Below, in pieces: positions 10,232 through 20,446 of a stretch of 64,000 bases of DNA (the first letter of the stretch is position 1; each line of letters begins with the position of its first letter). Both the position numbers and the translations under genes were made by a program. Under the pieces are notes generated by a model. The model was given only the letters and a program-made list of their open reading frames with translations. It was not told the DNA's origin and searched no databases. The DNA comes from an uncultured delta proteobacterium (lineage in GTDB: Bacteria > Desulfobacterota > Zymogenia > Zymogenales > Zymogenaceae), in NCBI GenBank assembly GCA_963735595.1, contig CAVTLK010000001.1, positions 544,001-608,000 on the forward strand, read 5' to 3'.

Positions 10232-11572
10232 ATGACCAACGGTTATTCAAAGGAAGGATACCTCGTCTCCAAGCGGTACGCCTACTACGTCTTCTTCGTC
10301 CTCTTCATCATCTACATGATCGACTACGCAGATCGCTACATCATTTCCGGACTCATCCCCTACCTCAAGGCGCCCGCGGCAGAGGGTGGACTGGGCTTTT
10401 CCGATGGGGACTGTGGACTCCTTGTGTCGGCAGTTTACTGGTCTATTGTCATCCTTACCTTCCCGCTTTCGATTATTATCGACCGCTGGCGAAGGACCCG
10501 GAGCCTTGGAATCCTCGTATTCCTCTGGAGCCTTGCCACCGGAGCCTGCGCGTTCGCCACGAACTTCAGACAGCTCTTTACGGCCCGGGTTGCTGTAGGC
10601 GTCGGCGAATCGGGTTACGTCCCGGGAGGGTACAGCCTCATCTCGGCCTTTTTCCCCGAGAAAAGGCGTGAGCTCATGATGGGTATCTGGAACGGCGCAA
10701 TCCCCCTCGGGATAGTCATGGGGTCGGTGCTCGGTGGTATCATCGCGGTGAATCTCGGGTGGCGCCATGCCTTCGGGATCATGGCGATACCGGGGCTTGT
10801 CCTGGCGTTTCTCTTCTTCTTCATGAAGGACTATAAGACCGTGGAGCTTCTGCGTACCGTAACCGATTCGAAGAAGACGCAGAAGGTCAAGATGAAGGCG
10901 AAGGATATCGTCAAGGAGTTCCTCGATACCCCGTCCCTGCTGTTGACCTATTTCGGCTACACGGGCTGCGTCTTCGTCACCAATTCCCTGATCCTCTGGT
11001 TACCCGCCTATTTTAACCGGATGGAGGGATTGCCCATGGACAAGGCGACGATGAAATCGTCGGTCGTCTTCCTGCTGGCGGTCCTGGGCGCCCCCCTCGG
11101 CGGAATTATCACCAACGCCCTGCGAAAGCGCTTTAAAACCGCGCGCCTTGCCTTTCCCGCCATCAGCACGTTCGCGGCGGCGATTCTGCTCTTTGCCGCC
11201 TTTCACTTTTTCACGGGAAAAGCCCAGTACTTCGTCCTCATCGCCATGGGGTTGGTCATTCCGATGTTTGTGGCGGGATCGGCCGCCGTCACCCAGGACG
11301 TTGTCCATCCGGGGCTCCGTTCCGTATCCCAGAGCCTGAACATCGTCGTCCAGAACCTCCTGGGGGCGTCCCTCGGACCTCTCTTTATCGGCCTTGTTTC
11401 CGACCACTATATCAGGAAATTCAACGTAGACCCGGCGATGGGCCTTGTTGCCGGATTCAAATACCTGCCAATCTTCCTCACCGTCGGGGCACTTTTCTTC
11501 CTGGCTGGATCCTTTTTCTACGTCAGGGACCTGGCGAAAGTCGAGCGCGTGGAGTTGAAGGCAGAGGAATAG
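10232..11572 (+). CDS. MFS transporter (spinster-like organic acid/anion family)
   Basis: About 12 hydrophobic segments; DYADRY, DRWRR, RVAVGVGES motifs. Confidence 0.9.
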   Translation: MTNGYSKEGYLVSKRYAYYVFFVLFIIYMIDYADRYIISGLIPYLKAPAAEGGLGFSDGDCGLLVSAVYWSIVILTFPLSIIIDRWRRTRSLGILVFLWSLATGACAFATNFRQLFTARVAVGVGESGYVPGGYSLISAFFPEKRRELMMGIWNGAIPLGIVMGSVLGGIIAVNLGWRHAFGIMAIPGLVLAFLFFFMKDYKTVELLRTVTDSKKTQKVKMKAKDIVKEFLDTPSLLLTYFGYTGCVFVTNSLILWLPAYFNRMEGLPMDKATMKSSVVFLLAVLGAPLGGIITNALRKRFKTARLAFPAISTFAAAILLFAAFHFFTGKAQYFVLIAMGLVIPMFVAGSAAVTQDVVHPGLRSVSQSLNIVVQNLLGASLGPLFIGLVSDHYIRKFNVDPAMGLVAGFKYLPIFLTVGALFFLAGSFFYVRDLAKVERVELKAEE

Positions 11573-11591
11573 CCTGCAAAACCGTGATAGG

Positions 11592-11628
11592 AAAAGGGCC
11601 GCGACGTCTGTCGCGGCCCTTCTTTTTT
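11592..11628. terminator. Bidirectional rho-independent terminator between the convergent MFS and iorB genes
   Basis: AGGGCCGCGAC-gtct-GTCGCGGCCCT stem, preceded by an A-run and followed by TCTTTTTT. Confidence 0.85.
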
Positions 11629-11646
11629 CTCACGGAAACCTGTTGG

Positions 11647-12276
11647 CTACGATGCCGACATCGCCTGAATACCTTCCTTGAATGCCTCGATGTTCTTCTT
11701 CAGGTGCTTTTCGGGCACGCTCTGTTTTATCGCCTCTTCGAACTCTTCGACGGTCACCGGAACCACGCCCCACCGGGCGAACGCGCCGAGCATAATGATG
11801 TTGGCGAGTATCGGTGTCTTTACCTTCAGGGCGATATCGGTCGCATCGATGAAAAAGGCCTCTTTCGCATGATCGGTGATAATCTTCTTGAGGTTATCCA
11901 GGTCCGGGTATTCGAACGCCCCGGTGATGACGTCCACCGGATATATGGGGCGGGTGTTGGAGAGGACCCGAACGTCCGGGTTACCGTACTCGCCCATGAC
12001 CCTGAGGGCCTCGGCCGGCTCCAGCGCTATAATATAGTGGGCCTTCCCCTTCGGGATGATCGGCGAGATCCCGCCCTGCTTGGCGACCCGGAGGTGGCTC
12101 ATGACTGAACCTCCCCGCTGTGACGCGCCGTAGGTCTCCCCGATGATAACCTCAAATCCCTTGCTGACCAACAGCCTCCCCAGCAGCTGGGACGCCATGA
12201 TGTTTCCCTGTCCGCCGACGCCTGCAATTATGATATTCGTGGGATCGTAGGTCAGACCCGCGCCGTTATGCTTCAT
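11647..12276 (-). CDS. iorB: Indolepyruvate ferredoxin oxidoreductase beta subunit
   Basis: AGVGGQG, ETYGASQRGGSVMSHLR, NIIMLGA; overlaps the iorA stop. Confidence 0.9.
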   Translation of the reverse strand: MKHNGAGLTYDPTNIIIAGVGGQGNIMASQLLGRLLVSKGFEVIIGETYGASQRGGSVMSHLRVAKQGGISPIIPKGKAHYIIALEPAEALRVMGEYGNPDVRVLSNTRPIYPVDVITGAFEYPDLDNLKKIITDHAKEAFFIDATDIALKVKTPILANIIMLGAFARWGVVPVTVEEFEEAIKQSVPEKHLKKNIEAFKEGIQAMSAS

Positions 12277-14188
12277 GGCTGACCTCCCTGATAATGGCGC
12301 CCTCCGGGCAGATATCCGCACATACCCCACAGCCGTTGCAGATCACCTCGTCGATCCGGGCGACCTTGTTGATTCTGTCCCAGATAATCCCCGGACATTT
12401 GAAGACCCGCGTGCAGAGCCGGTTGCACCCGCAGGCGTCGCCAAGACACCTTTTTTCGTCTACCCGAACCTCATACCGCTTATCGTCTTTCTTCAGGCGG
12501 TAGAGGCAGCATTCCTGTCGCATAACGATGACCTTGATCCCCTCATCATCCTGGATGGTGTCGTAGACTGTTTGCACGGTCTCTTCCACGTCGAACGGAT
12601 CGAGCACCCGTACCTTTGCACCCAGCGATTGACAGATCTTCTCGATGGATAACCCGTGGGCCGGGACACCCATCGCGCTGATATCGGAACCCGAGTGAGG
12701 CTGGGCCCCGGTCATGGCCGTCGTGCTGTTATCAAGTACGACCATCGTGAAGTTGGACTCGTGATGGGCGGCGTTGATGAGGGCCGGGATCACGGAGTGG
12801 TAAAAAGTCGAATCCCCCGAGACGGCCAGCACCGGCTGGTCGAGCCCGAAGGCCTTGAGCTGGCCCAGGCCCGTGGCCAGGCCCGACCCCGATCCCATCG
12901 CGTGCGTCGTCCTGAGCATTGAATACCCCTGCGGCCCCAGCCCGATGGTGTAGCACCCGATATCCCCGACGATAAAACCGTCGCGCCCATCCAGTTTGAG
13001 CGCCTTTTTAAGCTCCCAGTAGCTCGCCCGGTGAGGGCAGCCGGCGCAAAACGTGAGCGCCCGATAGGGCGAATTGGGAAGCGCCAGGCCCATGATCTTG
13101 GCCTGGTAGTCCGGGTCAACGGGGACGTAGCCGGTTCCCGTCAGGCCGCCGACGGCCTGTGCCATGATATCGGGAGACAGCTCGTTTTCCTTTGGAAGAT
13201 GACCGGAGGCCTTTCCGTAAAACTCGATGACCCCGAGGTCTTTGACGTGGTTCGCATAGGCCTCCTTGACGGACGCCTCGATAAACGGGAGCACCTCCTC
13301 TGCCACCAGGACCTTCTTCACCCCTTTCAAGTTCCGGGCGATAAACTCATCCGGCAGCGGGAAGGTCGTCCCGATCTTCAGAACGCCGACCTTGCCGGAA
13401 AGTCCCAGGAGATTGAGCGCCTCCTTCGTATAAAGATAGGCCGCGCCGGAGGCCGCCACGACGAGCTCCGCCCCTGCGGGGCCTTCGTACCGGTTGAAGT
13501 CGGACTCTTCGAACTTGTCCTTGATCGCGGCCATTTTATCGTGCAGGATCTTGTGGGTCCAGGGCACGGGAAATGCCAGGACGGTCCGGTTCGTGTCGAA
13601 CCGGGCCTTCTTGTTGGCTTTTTCGATCTGTGAATAGACGACGTTTCCCCTCCCGTGAGAGATCCTGGTGACGCTTCGGATCATGACCATGAGCCCGGTC
13701 TCCTCGGAGAGCTTAAAGGCGAACTTCGTCATGTCCTTGGCTTCCTGGAAACCTGACGGCTCCAGCAGCGGAATCTCCAGGAGCCGTGAGAAGTAGCGGG
13801 TATCCTCCTCGTTAGATGAGGATATGCCGCCGGGGTCGTCGGCGACGATCAGCACCATCCCCCCCGGCCCAACCCCGGTGAGCACCGCGTTGCTGATAAA
13901 ATCCGACGCGACGTTCAGGCCGTTTTGCTTCATTGCGCAGATGGATCGGAGACCGGCATAGGAGGCGCCGGCCGCCGCCTCTATAGCGACCTTTTCATTG
14001 GTCGACCATTCGACGTAAATGCCCAGTTCCTTACCCAGGCTTCCCAAGACGGTAATGATCTCCGAGGACGGGTTGCCCGGATACGCGGACGCGAAGGCCA
14101 CGCCGGCCTCGATCGCACCCCGGGCGATCGCCTCGTTGCCCATGAGGAGATTGATTTCTCCCGGGCTATCTTTCGAAAGGTAAGACAT
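12266..14188 (-). CDS. iorA: Indolepyruvate ferredoxin oxidoreductase alpha subunit
   Basis: LMGNEAIARGA, EWSTNEKVA, FCAGCPHR, GDIGCY, GDSTFYHS (TPP site), C-terminal ferredoxin motif. Confidence 0.93.
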   Translation of the reverse strand: MSYLSKDSPGEINLLMGNEAIARGAIEAGVAFASAYPGNPSSEIITVLGSLGKELGIYVEWSTNEKVAIEAAAGASYAGLRSICAMKQNGLNVASDFISNAVLTGVGPGGMVLIVADDPGGISSSNEEDTRYFSRLLEIPLLEPSGFQEAKDMTKFAFKLSEETGLMVMIRSVTRISHGRGNVVYSQIEKANKKARFDTNRTVLAFPVPWTHKILHDKMAAIKDKFEESDFNRYEGPAGAELVVAASGAAYLYTKEALNLLGLSGKVGVLKIGTTFPLPDEFIARNLKGVKKVLVAEEVLPFIEASVKEAYANHVKDLGVIEFYGKASGHLPKENELSPDIMAQAVGGLTGTGYVPVDPDYQAKIMGLALPNSPYRALTFCAGCPHRASYWELKKALKLDGRDGFIVGDIGCYTIGLGPQGYSMLRTTHAMGSGSGLATGLGQLKAFGLDQPVLAVSGDSTFYHSVIPALINAAHHESNFTMVVLDNSTTAMTGAQPHSGSDISAMGVPAHGLSIEKICQSLGAKVRVLDPFDVEETVQTVYDTIQDDEGIKVIVMRQECCLYRLKKDDKRYEVRVDEKRCLGDACGCNRLCTRVFKCPGIIWDRINKVARIDEVICNGCGVCADICPEGAIIREVSHEA

Positions 14189-14197
14189 ACGATGCCT

Positions 14198-15292
14198 CTA
14201 TCCCATGATTTTTTTCAGCCGGTCCCCGGGCCCGACGATATAGCCCCATTTGCCTTCCGGGTCTTTATCAGACAGGTTTTTCAACGCGCGCTTCTTCTTT
14301 GTGAGCGCCGACTCTTTGAGGTGGGTAAGCCCGCCATCGGGCATCTTCTCGACGCGTATGACCCCCGCATCCGCAGCCTCTCTCACGAGATCCTCGCCCC
14401 TTTTCGTCCGCACGATCAGGAGGTTCTGTAACGGGTCATCCTCCAGAACCCCCACCGATATATCGGCAAATTCCGAGGTCATGTCGATACAGTTTTTACA
14501 CGACTCTTTGACGAACGGCCTGATCTCCGAGAGGGGGAAGGTGAGTCTGCCCTTTCGGGTATCAACCACGAACAGCTCAGCCGGGGGCGGTGGGATATCG
14601 AAACCGGTAATGTCGCCGATTTCCACCCGGCTTGAAAGATACTCGAATAGCTTCCGGTAATCGAGGCCCCACGTGCAGAAGAGCCCGATCATGTACGAGA
14701 CCGTATTCCCCGGGTTTTTCTCGACGCCGTCAAGGGACGTCATCTTGGCAGCCGCCGTCACCTGGCATGGCGTCCCGACAACGGCCACCCGCTCATAGCC
14801 CTCCCTGGCCGCCCGGGACAATACCGAGAGCGTCGGCGCTGCGCTGTACCTGGAGCCGGACGCACGTCGCACCCCCGCCTTATCGGTCGCGAGGTCGGCC
14901 ACCGGCAATACCTTGTCGGCAGTCGTAAGGGCGGCGGCGTCAATCATCTTTCGGTCGAAGAGGAACTCCAGCAACGAGGTAACGGTCCCCCCGGCCTGGT
15001 ATTTCCCCGGTCCCGTCGCCCGCGACGAATATATTTCACGGTACGTCCCGAGTGCGTATTCACCGTAGGGAACACCGAAGCGCTTGTGCGACAGTGCGTC
15101 AAGGTCGAGCTCGGTGCGCGGGCAGAAGAGAAAACATCTTCCTTCCTCCTTGTCGCACGGGTCCAGGTTGATGGTCCTGCCCAGAAACGACGTAAAATAT
15201 GGGCAGAGCCCCACGCACGCTCCACAGCCGCTGCAAAGATCGGAAGTGAGCACCTCAGCAAGAAGCCTCTGCGGCCCGCGGGCATTACTCAT
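14198..15292 (-). CDS. FrhB/FdhB-family (F420 hydrogenase beta-like) Fe-S flavoprotein
   Basis: CSGCGACVGLCP, QAGGTVTSLL, VVGTPCQ, IGLFCTW, CKNCIDMTSEFADISVG, LIVRTKRG. Confidence 0.88.
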   Translation of the reverse strand: MSNARGPQRLLAEVLTSDLCSGCGACVGLCPYFTSFLGRTINLDPCDKEEGRCFLFCPRTELDLDALSHKRFGVPYGEYALGTYREIYSSRATGPGKYQAGGTVTSLLEFLFDRKMIDAAALTTADKVLPVADLATDKAGVRRASGSRYSAAPTLSVLSRAAREGYERVAVVGTPCQVTAAAKMTSLDGVEKNPGNTVSYMIGLFCTWGLDYRKLFEYLSSRVEIGDITGFDIPPPPAELFVVDTRKGRLTFPLSEIRPFVKESCKNCIDMTSEFADISVGVLEDDPLQNLLIVRTKRGEDLVREAADAGVIRVEKMPDGGLTHLKESALTKKKRALKNLSDKDPEGKWGYIVGPGDRLKKIMG

Positions 15293-15463
15293 AGAAACCC
15301 TCCCATTTTTCAGGCACGTGAACGTGCTTGGTGCACCTAAATATCCCACGCCGCATCTCGCCCCGTGCAGGCGGCGAAACCGGCTTTATCGGCATCGATC
15401 GGATCATCACATTCGGAAAGATACAGACTGTCAATAAATAATACCGGACTCTTTTAGTAGTAT

Positions 15464-15492
15464 AGTATACTCTCGATCCTTTCGAAGGTCAA
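15464..15492 (-). promoter_or_regulatory. Sigma70-type promoter for the frhB-like/iorA/iorB unit
   Basis: TTGACC-17 nt-TATACT on the minus strand. Confidence 0.6.
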
Positions 15493-15579
15493 TACTCGGC
15501 TGCGACAAATCACCGTCCTCTTCAAAAAGGGAAAGGATTGCCCCGCCCGTATTGCGAGAGCATCTTGATTATCGGGTAA

Positions 15580-15618
15580 GAATAACCGGGGGGGGGACGG
15601 CTGCGGCCGTCCCCCCGG
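15580..15618 (-). terminator. Rho-independent terminator after the second MFS gene
   Basis: Minus strand CCGGGGGGACGGC-cgca-GCCGTCCCCCC..CGG followed by TTATTCTT. Confidence 0.7.
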
Positions 15619-15629
15619 AAAACGGTTTC

Positions 15630-16940
15630 TTATTTCTCAGACTGGAGCTTCTTGCCTTTAACCTTGTCCATATCCGCCGGATACGTGCGCGACCCGATAA
15701 ACAGGATGATTGAGGCAATAAACCCGCTGCACGCCACAATGTACAGCGCACTCTGCAGCGAGGTGACATCGGTAAAGCCGGACCCTGAATTTAAAAAGGC
15801 GTCCGAGATCACACCGACCACCAGAGGGGCCCAGCCGCCCCCAAACACGTACATGCAGAAGACCGCCATGCCCCATGAGGTCCCTTTCAGGCCGGGGGTA
15901 ACGACGTCCTGTGAAACCGCGTTGAGGGCCGGGGTGCCCAGCATAACCAGCGCGCCCCACAGCAGGCCGACGTAAAAGCCCACGCCCTTGAATTCGAAGA
16001 AGAGCGCGGTAATCAGGACAATCGCGGCCAGCGCATCGCCGATGACCGGCAGCAACATCCGCGCCTTCCGGTTCTTCTTCTGCCACGAGTCTGCGAGGAA
16101 TCCGCCGAGGAGCGCCCCGATGATGGCCATCATCATGATCGCCCCGACGAGCCCCCCTGCCTTGGCGGCGTCGATTTCATGCGACCGCATCAGATATGCC
16201 GATAACCACATCAGTACGGAGAAGTTCATGATATTGCGGACGCCGTATCCGATGTACATCCACTTGAGGGTGGGAATCTTGAAGAGCGACATAGCCGACT
16301 TGAAGAAACCCTTGCGCTTTCCGGCAATATCTAATTCGTGGACCGTTTTGTAGTCTTTCATGAAGAGGGCGAGAATACCGAGGATTACGCCCGGGATGGC
16401 AAAGATAAAAAACGGCCTGCTCCAATCGCCGGTGGCCGTGGCGATCTTGCCACCCAGGATCATGCCGAGGGCCGCCCCCAGCGGGATGACCAGGTTAAAG
16501 ACCGCCATCGTCCTTCCCCGCTTTGCCGGGTCATAGGCCGCCGATATCAACGCGGTCCCCCCCGCCGAGAAACCGGACTCACCCACGCCGACCAGGGCGC
16601 GGGGGATGAGGACCGTGGCAAAGCTTCTCCCCAGGCCAGTCAGGTACGTGAACACGCTCCAGAGGATCGCCATAATGCCGACGGCCTTCCTGCGGCTCCA
16701 CCGGTCGACCATGAAGGAAACGGGGACCGAGAAAAACGCGATGGAGAGCAGGAACGCGGTGTTGAGGACGCCCAGCTGGGTCTCCGACAGTCCAAGGTCC
16801 ACCTTCATCATCTGAAGCACGGACGCCAGGACCTGCCGGTCCATGTAGTTCACCATGTAGAGGAGCGAACAGATTATGAGAATATAGGCAGCGCTCCATC
16901 CGCCGGTTTTGTACTCGTGTGTACCTCCCTTTTCTTTCAT
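15630..16940 (-). CDS. MFS transporter (spinster-like; paralog of 10232-11572)
   Basis: NYMDRQ, DRWSRR, RALVGVGESG; shares MKDYKTV and QDVVxPGL segments with the other MFS. Confidence 0.9.
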   Translation of the reverse strand: MKEKGGTHEYKTGGWSAAYILIICSLLYMVNYMDRQVLASVLQMMKVDLGLSETQLGVLNTAFLLSIAFFSVPVSFMVDRWSRRKAVGIMAILWSVFTYLTGLGRSFATVLIPRALVGVGESGFSAGGTALISAAYDPAKRGRTMAVFNLVIPLGAALGMILGGKIATATGDWSRPFFIFAIPGVILGILALFMKDYKTVHELDIAGKRKGFFKSAMSLFKIPTLKWMYIGYGVRNIMNFSVLMWLSAYLMRSHEIDAAKAGGLVGAIMMMAIIGALLGGFLADSWQKKNRKARMLLPVIGDALAAIVLITALFFEFKGVGFYVGLLWGALVMLGTPALNAVSQDVVTPGLKGTSWGMAVFCMYVFGGGWAPLVVGVISDAFLNSGSGFTDVTSLQSALYIVACSGFIASIILFIGSRTYPADMDKVKGKKLQSEK

Positions 16941-16999
16941 AACAGCTCCTTGATATATGGTTGTTAGAAAATCACCTCCAACTGATAGCGACAGATCGC

Positions 17000-18154
17000 C
17001 TAAAACGGCGGTGATACCGTGTTGATTGATAGGACGTCCTGCAGGTTTATCTCGGCCTTCGTCTGCTGTCCTTCGACAACCCGCGTAAACAACCCGACGA
17101 ATTCCTCGGTAGCCGCTTTCATGGCCATCCCTTCGAGCAACCTTCCGGCGTTTACATCCATGTCGTCTTCCATGGCCGTATAGAGCTCACTGTTTGAGGC
17201 CACCTTAATGAGCGGCATGATCGGAAATCCGACCGGCGTCCCCCTGCCGGTGGTAAAGATCATCACCTGTGCCCCGCCGGCCGCCATGCCGGTAATGGAA
17301 AAGATATCGGAGCCGGGCGTGTCCATAATGACGAAACCTTTCTTTGATGGACCGACGGCATAGTCGGATACTTCCATCAGTGGTGTCGTTCCCGCCTTTA
17401 TAATACAGCCCATCGACTTTTCCATAATGTTGGAAAGCCCGCCCTCGATATTGCCGGGGGAGATCACCATGTGCGCCAGGGGGCCCAGGATATCCTCGGT
17501 CTGTTTTCGCTGCTTCTTGATGAGATCGAAAATCTGTGTCCCGACCTCGGGGCTGGCTGCCCGCCGCGACAGGACATACTCGGTGCCGATCATCTCGGTC
17601 GTCTCCGAAAGCATTGTCGTCCCCCCGCGACCTACCAGCCAATCGGAAACCGATCCGACCAGCGGGTTTGCCGTAACGCCCGACAGGGCATCGGATCCGC
17701 CGCAGTTGGTCGCAAGGATCAGCTCGCTCCAATCGCACGTCTCTCTCTTCTGCTTTTCGGCATCTGCCAGCATTCTGCGCGCGATCTGGATGCCGGCATC
17801 GGTCGTCTTTCTCGAACCGCCCTTCTGCTGGATGACGAGGGATTCGGCCGGTTTCCTGGTTCCGGCAACGTCTGCGGCAAGTCCCGGGGCGGGGATAAAC
17901 TCGCAACCCAGTCCCACGACGAGCAACCCCGCAACGTTGGGGTTCTTGCCCAGACCCGTCAGGGTTCGCCAGGAGATAGCGATATCGGCCGGGCCCCGGC
18001 CGCACCCTTCGGTATGGGTGATGGTCTTGACGGCCGGCAGCGCCCTGCCGATCGCGTTGACCACTCCATTGGCGCATGACACCGAACTCATCACCACGAC
18101 ATGGTTACGGATTCCCACGGAGCCGTCCGGCCTGCGATATCCCATAAAACCCAC
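17000..18154 (-). CDS. UxaA-family dehydratase/lyase large subunit (altronate dehydratase / SuyB-like)
   Basis: GYRRPDGSVGIRN, HTEGCG, VGLGCE, CGGSDALSGVTANP, SPGNIEGGL, FTTGRGTP. Confidence 0.9.
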   Translation of the reverse strand: MGFMGYRRPDGSVGIRNHVVVMSSVSCANGVVNAIGRALPAVKTITHTEGCGRGPADIAISWRTLTGLGKNPNVAGLLVVGLGCEFIPAPGLAADVAGTRKPAESLVIQQKGGSRKTTDAGIQIARRMLADAEKQKRETCDWSELILATNCGGSDALSGVTANPLVGSVSDWLVGRGGTTMLSETTEMIGTEYVLSRRAASPEVGTQIFDLIKKQRKQTEDILGPLAHMVISPGNIEGGLSNIMEKSMGCIIKAGTTPLMEVSDYAVGPSKKGFVIMDTPGSDIFSITGMAAGGAQVMIFTTGRGTPVGFPIMPLIKVASNSELYTAMEDDMDVNAGRLLEGMAMKAATEEFVGLFTRVVEGQQTKAEINLQDVLSINTVSPPF

Positions 18155-18155
18155 G

Positions 18156-18422
18156 TTACGTCTCCTCGACCTTCAGATTATGGGTATGCACCCAGCTGCC
18201 CGCCGCAACGGCACGGCCGGCCGACCCGATCTTCTCGCCGTATTTTATCACCGGCGCATTCGCCGGGATGTCGACCAGGGCAATCTTGTGGTTCCTGGGA
18301 ATATCGTCCGCGGCCCGGACGGTAACACCGGCCCCTATGGCTACCGTCTCCCCCTTCTTGACCTCCGCGATCGCTACGCCCACGTTATCCTTCGGGTTGA
18401 TTACGACGACGGCAGTATCCAT
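18156..18422 (-). CDS. UxaA-family small subunit (SAF domain; SuyA-like)
   Basis: KDNVGVA, IPRNHKIAL, VIKYGEKIG, GSWVHTHN; abuts the large-subunit gene. Confidence 0.9.
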   Translation of the reverse strand: MDTAVVVINPKDNVGVAIAEVKKGETVAIGAGVTVRAADDIPRNHKIALVDIPANAPVIKYGEKIGSAGRAVAAGSWVHTHNLKVEET

Positions 18423-18607
18423 ATATGACTCCCTGTTTCCGGCCTAAAAAAAGGGCGGGGTATTGATAGAGGATATGTGAAACAACAGAGTAATAGCAAA
18501 TCATTATCCCGTCAATATCTTTAATAGACAGCAAAAAACGATACCTACCCGACGTCCCGAGTTGTATCAATAATAAATCGGGCGGTTTTGAGAATATATA
18601 CCCCGCA

Positions 18608-20302
18608 CTAAAAGGACATCAGACCGAAATGTGGAATATGAGCGGTCGTTACGTCCACGACCGACGGCCGACCGGAGGCCGCCGCCTCTTTGAGGGCCCG
18701 TCCGAGATCCGCCGCCTCCTTCACCTTGATTCCCATACATCCCATCGACCGGGCTGCACCCGCGAGATCCGCTTCCCTGTATTCGGTCGCTCCCTTATGG
18801 CCCGGGGCCATAAAGTCGTTGACGTTGCCCAGGACCGAGTTATTGAGGACGACGTACGTAACCGGAAGCTCATACTGGGAAGCCGTTTCCAGGCAGTTGA
18901 GCATCATCATGAGGCATCCGTCGCCGGTCGGGCAGATGACCCTCCTGGTGGGATTGAGCATCTGGGCCGCAAGCGCCGCCGCGACCCCCCACCCCATGCC
19001 GGCCACACCCCCGCCCGCGAAAACCTGCCCCCCGTTCTTGGACTTAAAGAGGTTGGCAAAGAATATCCGGTTGTTGCCGGTGTCAAGAACGAGGATATCA
19101 TCGACACCGATAAGGTCGTTAATCTCCCGCACGATCCGCCCCGGCATTACCGGGACGGCGTCCGACGAGAACATATCGCTTTTAAAAAAGCTCCGCGTCT
19201 CCTTGAACTTCTTTATCTCGCCCACCCGCGCCCCGGTATCGATTTTTTTTCCGGATTTCTTTATCCGCTCGATGATCATCTCCAGCGCAACGCGGGCATC
19301 CGATGTGATCCCGAGGACCGTCGGGTAGGTCCACCCAACGTTGAGCGGCTCGATGTCGATTTGGATAATTTTCTGGCGGTCCGGGTTGATAAAATCGGCC
19401 GACATCATCTTGGTATTTTCAGGCGCAAGACAGCTGCCGACAACCAGCAGAAGGTCGGCGTCAACGATCCGATCGTTGGCGCTCTTCTGGCCGAGTATCC
19501 CCATCATCCCGAGCGCCAGGTCGTGGGTCTCGGGGATGGCGCTTTTCCCCATATAGCTGGTCGCGACGGGGATGCCGACCAGCTCCGCGAGGGACCTGAC
19601 CGCCTCGTGCGCCTTTCCCACGTGGACTCCTCTCCCGCATATCATCACGGGACGCTCGGCGCTGGCAATAATGTCGGCGGCCTTTTCGGCGTCTTCCGGA
19701 TGGATACAGGGTCGGGAAACCGACAGGTGACCCGCCAAAGGATAGAGCTTCGGAAATATCGCCTCGGGCTGGACCTCCTCGTTTACGACGTTCCATCGGA
19801 CGATCACGCACGCCGGGCCGGGGCGTCCCGTAATCGCATGCTTGATGGCAAGACGCACCCCGTGAATGAACTCGCCGGCATTCGTGGCGACTGTCGTGAA
19901 CTTTGTCATTGATCGCATCATCGCCACGAGGTCCGCAGCGCCGTGATCACCGGAAGAATTCTGGTACACCCCGTGCTGTGTGAGCCCCGCGTAGTCGGAA
20001 AAATCGGTGACGATAACCATTGGAGATCCGGCATAGAACGCCTCGAGGATTCCCAGCGCCCCGCTGCTGCCGATCCATGGGCCCTGGCCGATCAACACGC
20101 CCGGCTTGCCGGTCATCCTCCCGTACATGTCGGCCATGCAGGAGGCCGAGCCTTCGTGGCGCCCGAGGACAACCCGGATCTTATCCTTCTTGCCTTCCAG
20201 GGCATCAAAGATAAATATCGTGCTTCCCCCCGGTATTCCGAAAACATGGTCAATCCCCGCCTCGATGAGAACGTCGGCGAACAGCTCGGGCGCCTTGGGC
20301 AT
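18608..20302 (-). CDS. Thiamine-diphosphate-dependent enzyme (acetolactate synthase-like family)
   Basis: VFGIPGG, RHEGSA catalytic Glu, GDG...LNN TPP motif. No ilvN/ilvH partner, so the substrate is uncertain. Confidence 0.88.
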   Translation of the reverse strand: MPKAPELFADVLIEAGIDHVFGIPGGSTIFIFDALEGKKDKIRVVLGRHEGSASCMADMYGRMTGKPGVLIGQGPWIGSSGALGILEAFYAGSPMVIVTDFSDYAGLTQHGVYQNSSGDHGAADLVAMMRSMTKFTTVATNAGEFIHGVRLAIKHAITGRPGPACVIVRWNVVNEEVQPEAIFPKLYPLAGHLSVSRPCIHPEDAEKAADIIASAERPVMICGRGVHVGKAHEAVRSLAELVGIPVATSYMGKSAIPETHDLALGMMGILGQKSANDRIVDADLLLVVGSCLAPENTKMMSADFINPDRQKIIQIDIEPLNVGWTYPTVLGITSDARVALEMIIERIKKSGKKIDTGARVGEIKKFKETRSFFKSDMFSSDAVPVMPGRIVREINDLIGVDDILVLDTGNNRIFFANLFKSKNGGQVFAGGGVAGMGWGVAAALAAQMLNPTRRVICPTGDGCLMMMLNCLETASQYELPVTYVVLNNSVLGNVNDFMAPGHKGATEYREADLAGAARSMGCMGIKVKEAADLGRALKEAAASGRPSVVDVTTAHIPHFGLMSF

Positions 20303-20446
20303 ACTACTCTCCTTTCAGCATTGTGTGTTGTTCCGTACCCCGGGGGTTATTCTCGTGTCCCCGCCTGCTGATACCGATCGGTAAAGCCGCCGACGTATGG
20401 CGTATTCCCCGGCAAGCGCCAAATCGGTAGTTTCTGGACGGTCCGG

